DNA of 24,000 nucleotides, from positions 207,627-231,626 of the forward strand of contig NZ_AZCP01000003.1 of the NCBI RefSeq assembly GCF_001433855.1, in the 5' to 3' direction. Position numbers and translations under genes: made by a program. Below, piece after piece: positions 23,295 through 24,000 of the stretch. The notes beneath the pieces are model-generated. The model saw only the letters and a program-made list of their open reading frames with translations. It did not search any database and was not told the origin of the DNA. This stretch comes from Levilactobacillus brevis ATCC 14869 = DSM 20054. GTDB taxonomy: Bacteria > Bacillota > Bacilli > Lactobacillales > Lactobacillaceae. Within the stretch, counting starts at the first letter, position 1; the number at the start of each line of letters is the position of its first letter.

Positions 23295-24000
23295 ATGGAT
23301 AGTCAGGCTAAGAAACTTAGTCTTGGAACGTTTATTGGAATGACGATGGCTTTATGTGCCACCGTTCGTTCAATTCCTTCCGTAGCTGCAACTGGTTGGA
23401 CACAGATCACTTATATGGTATTTGCCGTCGTCTTCTTTGCATTACCGGTGGCTTTAATTTCTGGTGAGTTGGGAACTATGATGCAAGCCGAAGGTGGCCC
23501 ACAATTATGGGTAAAATCGGCTTTAGGAGAAAAGTGGGGATTTGTCACGGCGTGGCTGCTGTGGGTACAAATGTTTCCCGGTATGGTGATGGTAGCGTCA
23601 ACGATCGGCCCGTTATGGGGAAACGTTTTCGGTAATGTGCCATTAGGGAATAATCATTGGTTTATATTAGCCAATATTTTAGGATTTTATTGGTTGATCA
23701 CAGTCCTTAACCTGCGTTTTGATATGGCCAAAGTTGGCGGGAATATTGGTGTTTGGCTAGGTGTTTATATTCCGATTGTGATTATGCTAGTGATGGGGAT
23801 TGCTGCTTTAATTAAAACGGGTATTAATCCTGCCGGTTATCTAGGAACATTTACATGGGGAAAATTAATGCCAAGTTTGGATAATCTACAGTCGTTACAA
23901 TACTTTGCTGCAATTTCCTTTGTTTACACGGGGATGGAAATGTCCTCAGTCTTTATTCCACGATTACATGATGCCAAAAAGACCTATACTCGTGGAATCT
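23295..24000 (+). CDS. tyrP: Tyrosine/tyramine antiporter (APC superfamily), 5' partial; continues beyond the window
   Basis: ATG at 23295 (MDSQAKKLSLGTFIGMTMALCATVRSIP...), open to the window end (235 codons), highly hydrophobic. It occupies the conserved position after tyrDC. It is not in the track because no stop is reached. Confidence 0.85.
   Translation, partial: MDSQAKKLSLGTFIGMTMALCATVRSIPSVAATGWTQITYMVFAVVFFALPVALISGELGTMMQAEGGPQLWVKSALGEKWGFVTAWLLWVQMFPGMVMVASTIGPLWGNVFGNVPLGNNHWFILANILGFYWLITVLNLRFDMAKVGGNIGVWLGVYIPIVIMLVMGIAALIKTGINPAGYLGTFTWGKLMPSLDNLQSLQYFAAISFVYTGMEMSSVFIPRLHDAKKTYTRGI

Noticed and set aside
1-24000. Scan for CRISPR arrays, tRNA/rRNA genes, IS elements, integrases and classic defence-system genes
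   Set aside because: I saw no spaced direct repeats, no cloverleaf-like or rRNA-like conserved stretches, and no ORF with transposase, integrase, nuclease or ATPase defence signatures.

Overview
This window reads as a chromosomal segment of a heterofermentative Lactobacillaceae genome. My best guess is Levilactobacillus brevis, because I recognise the 626-aa tyrosine decarboxylase; no search was run. Positions 1-18350 are GC-richer and carry ordinary and accessory metabolism genes. In order these are: a GntR-controlled cassette of ADP-ribosylglycohydrolase-family enzyme, NCS1 permease and PfkB kinase (the same logic as E. coli yegW/yegTUV); proline iminopeptidase with a translationally coupled DUF-type gene; an MFS transporter; pyrF-pyrE behind a PyrR-type attenuator; yaaA; a GH30 hydrolase with a divergent AraC regulator; a YjdF-family (DUF2992-like) gene behind a structured leader; a GlsB/CsbD stress pair; GH51 arabinofuranosidase with a cre box; an EamA transporter; and a thiolase. 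At about 18350-18560 the composition drops sharply. Single 60-nt lines I counted gave 58% GC in the thiolase against 32-33% in tyrS and tyrDC. The window then enters the tyramine (biogenic amine) locus tyrS-tyrDC-tyrP, with tyrP running off the right edge. The most unusual feature is at the island edge. A complete tyrosine-specifier T-box riboswitch (18568-18803) is not attached to tyrS. It drives a 52-aa zinc-ribbon ORF that is absent from the ORF track, plus an 86-aa two-TM protein; neither contains any tyrosine. A terminator follows, then a small HTH gene, and only then tyrS, which has its own sigma-A-like promoter and no T-box. I found no rRNA, tRNA, CRISPR array, transposase or integrase. 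All calls come from reading motifs by eye, so every homology statement needs confirmation by search.
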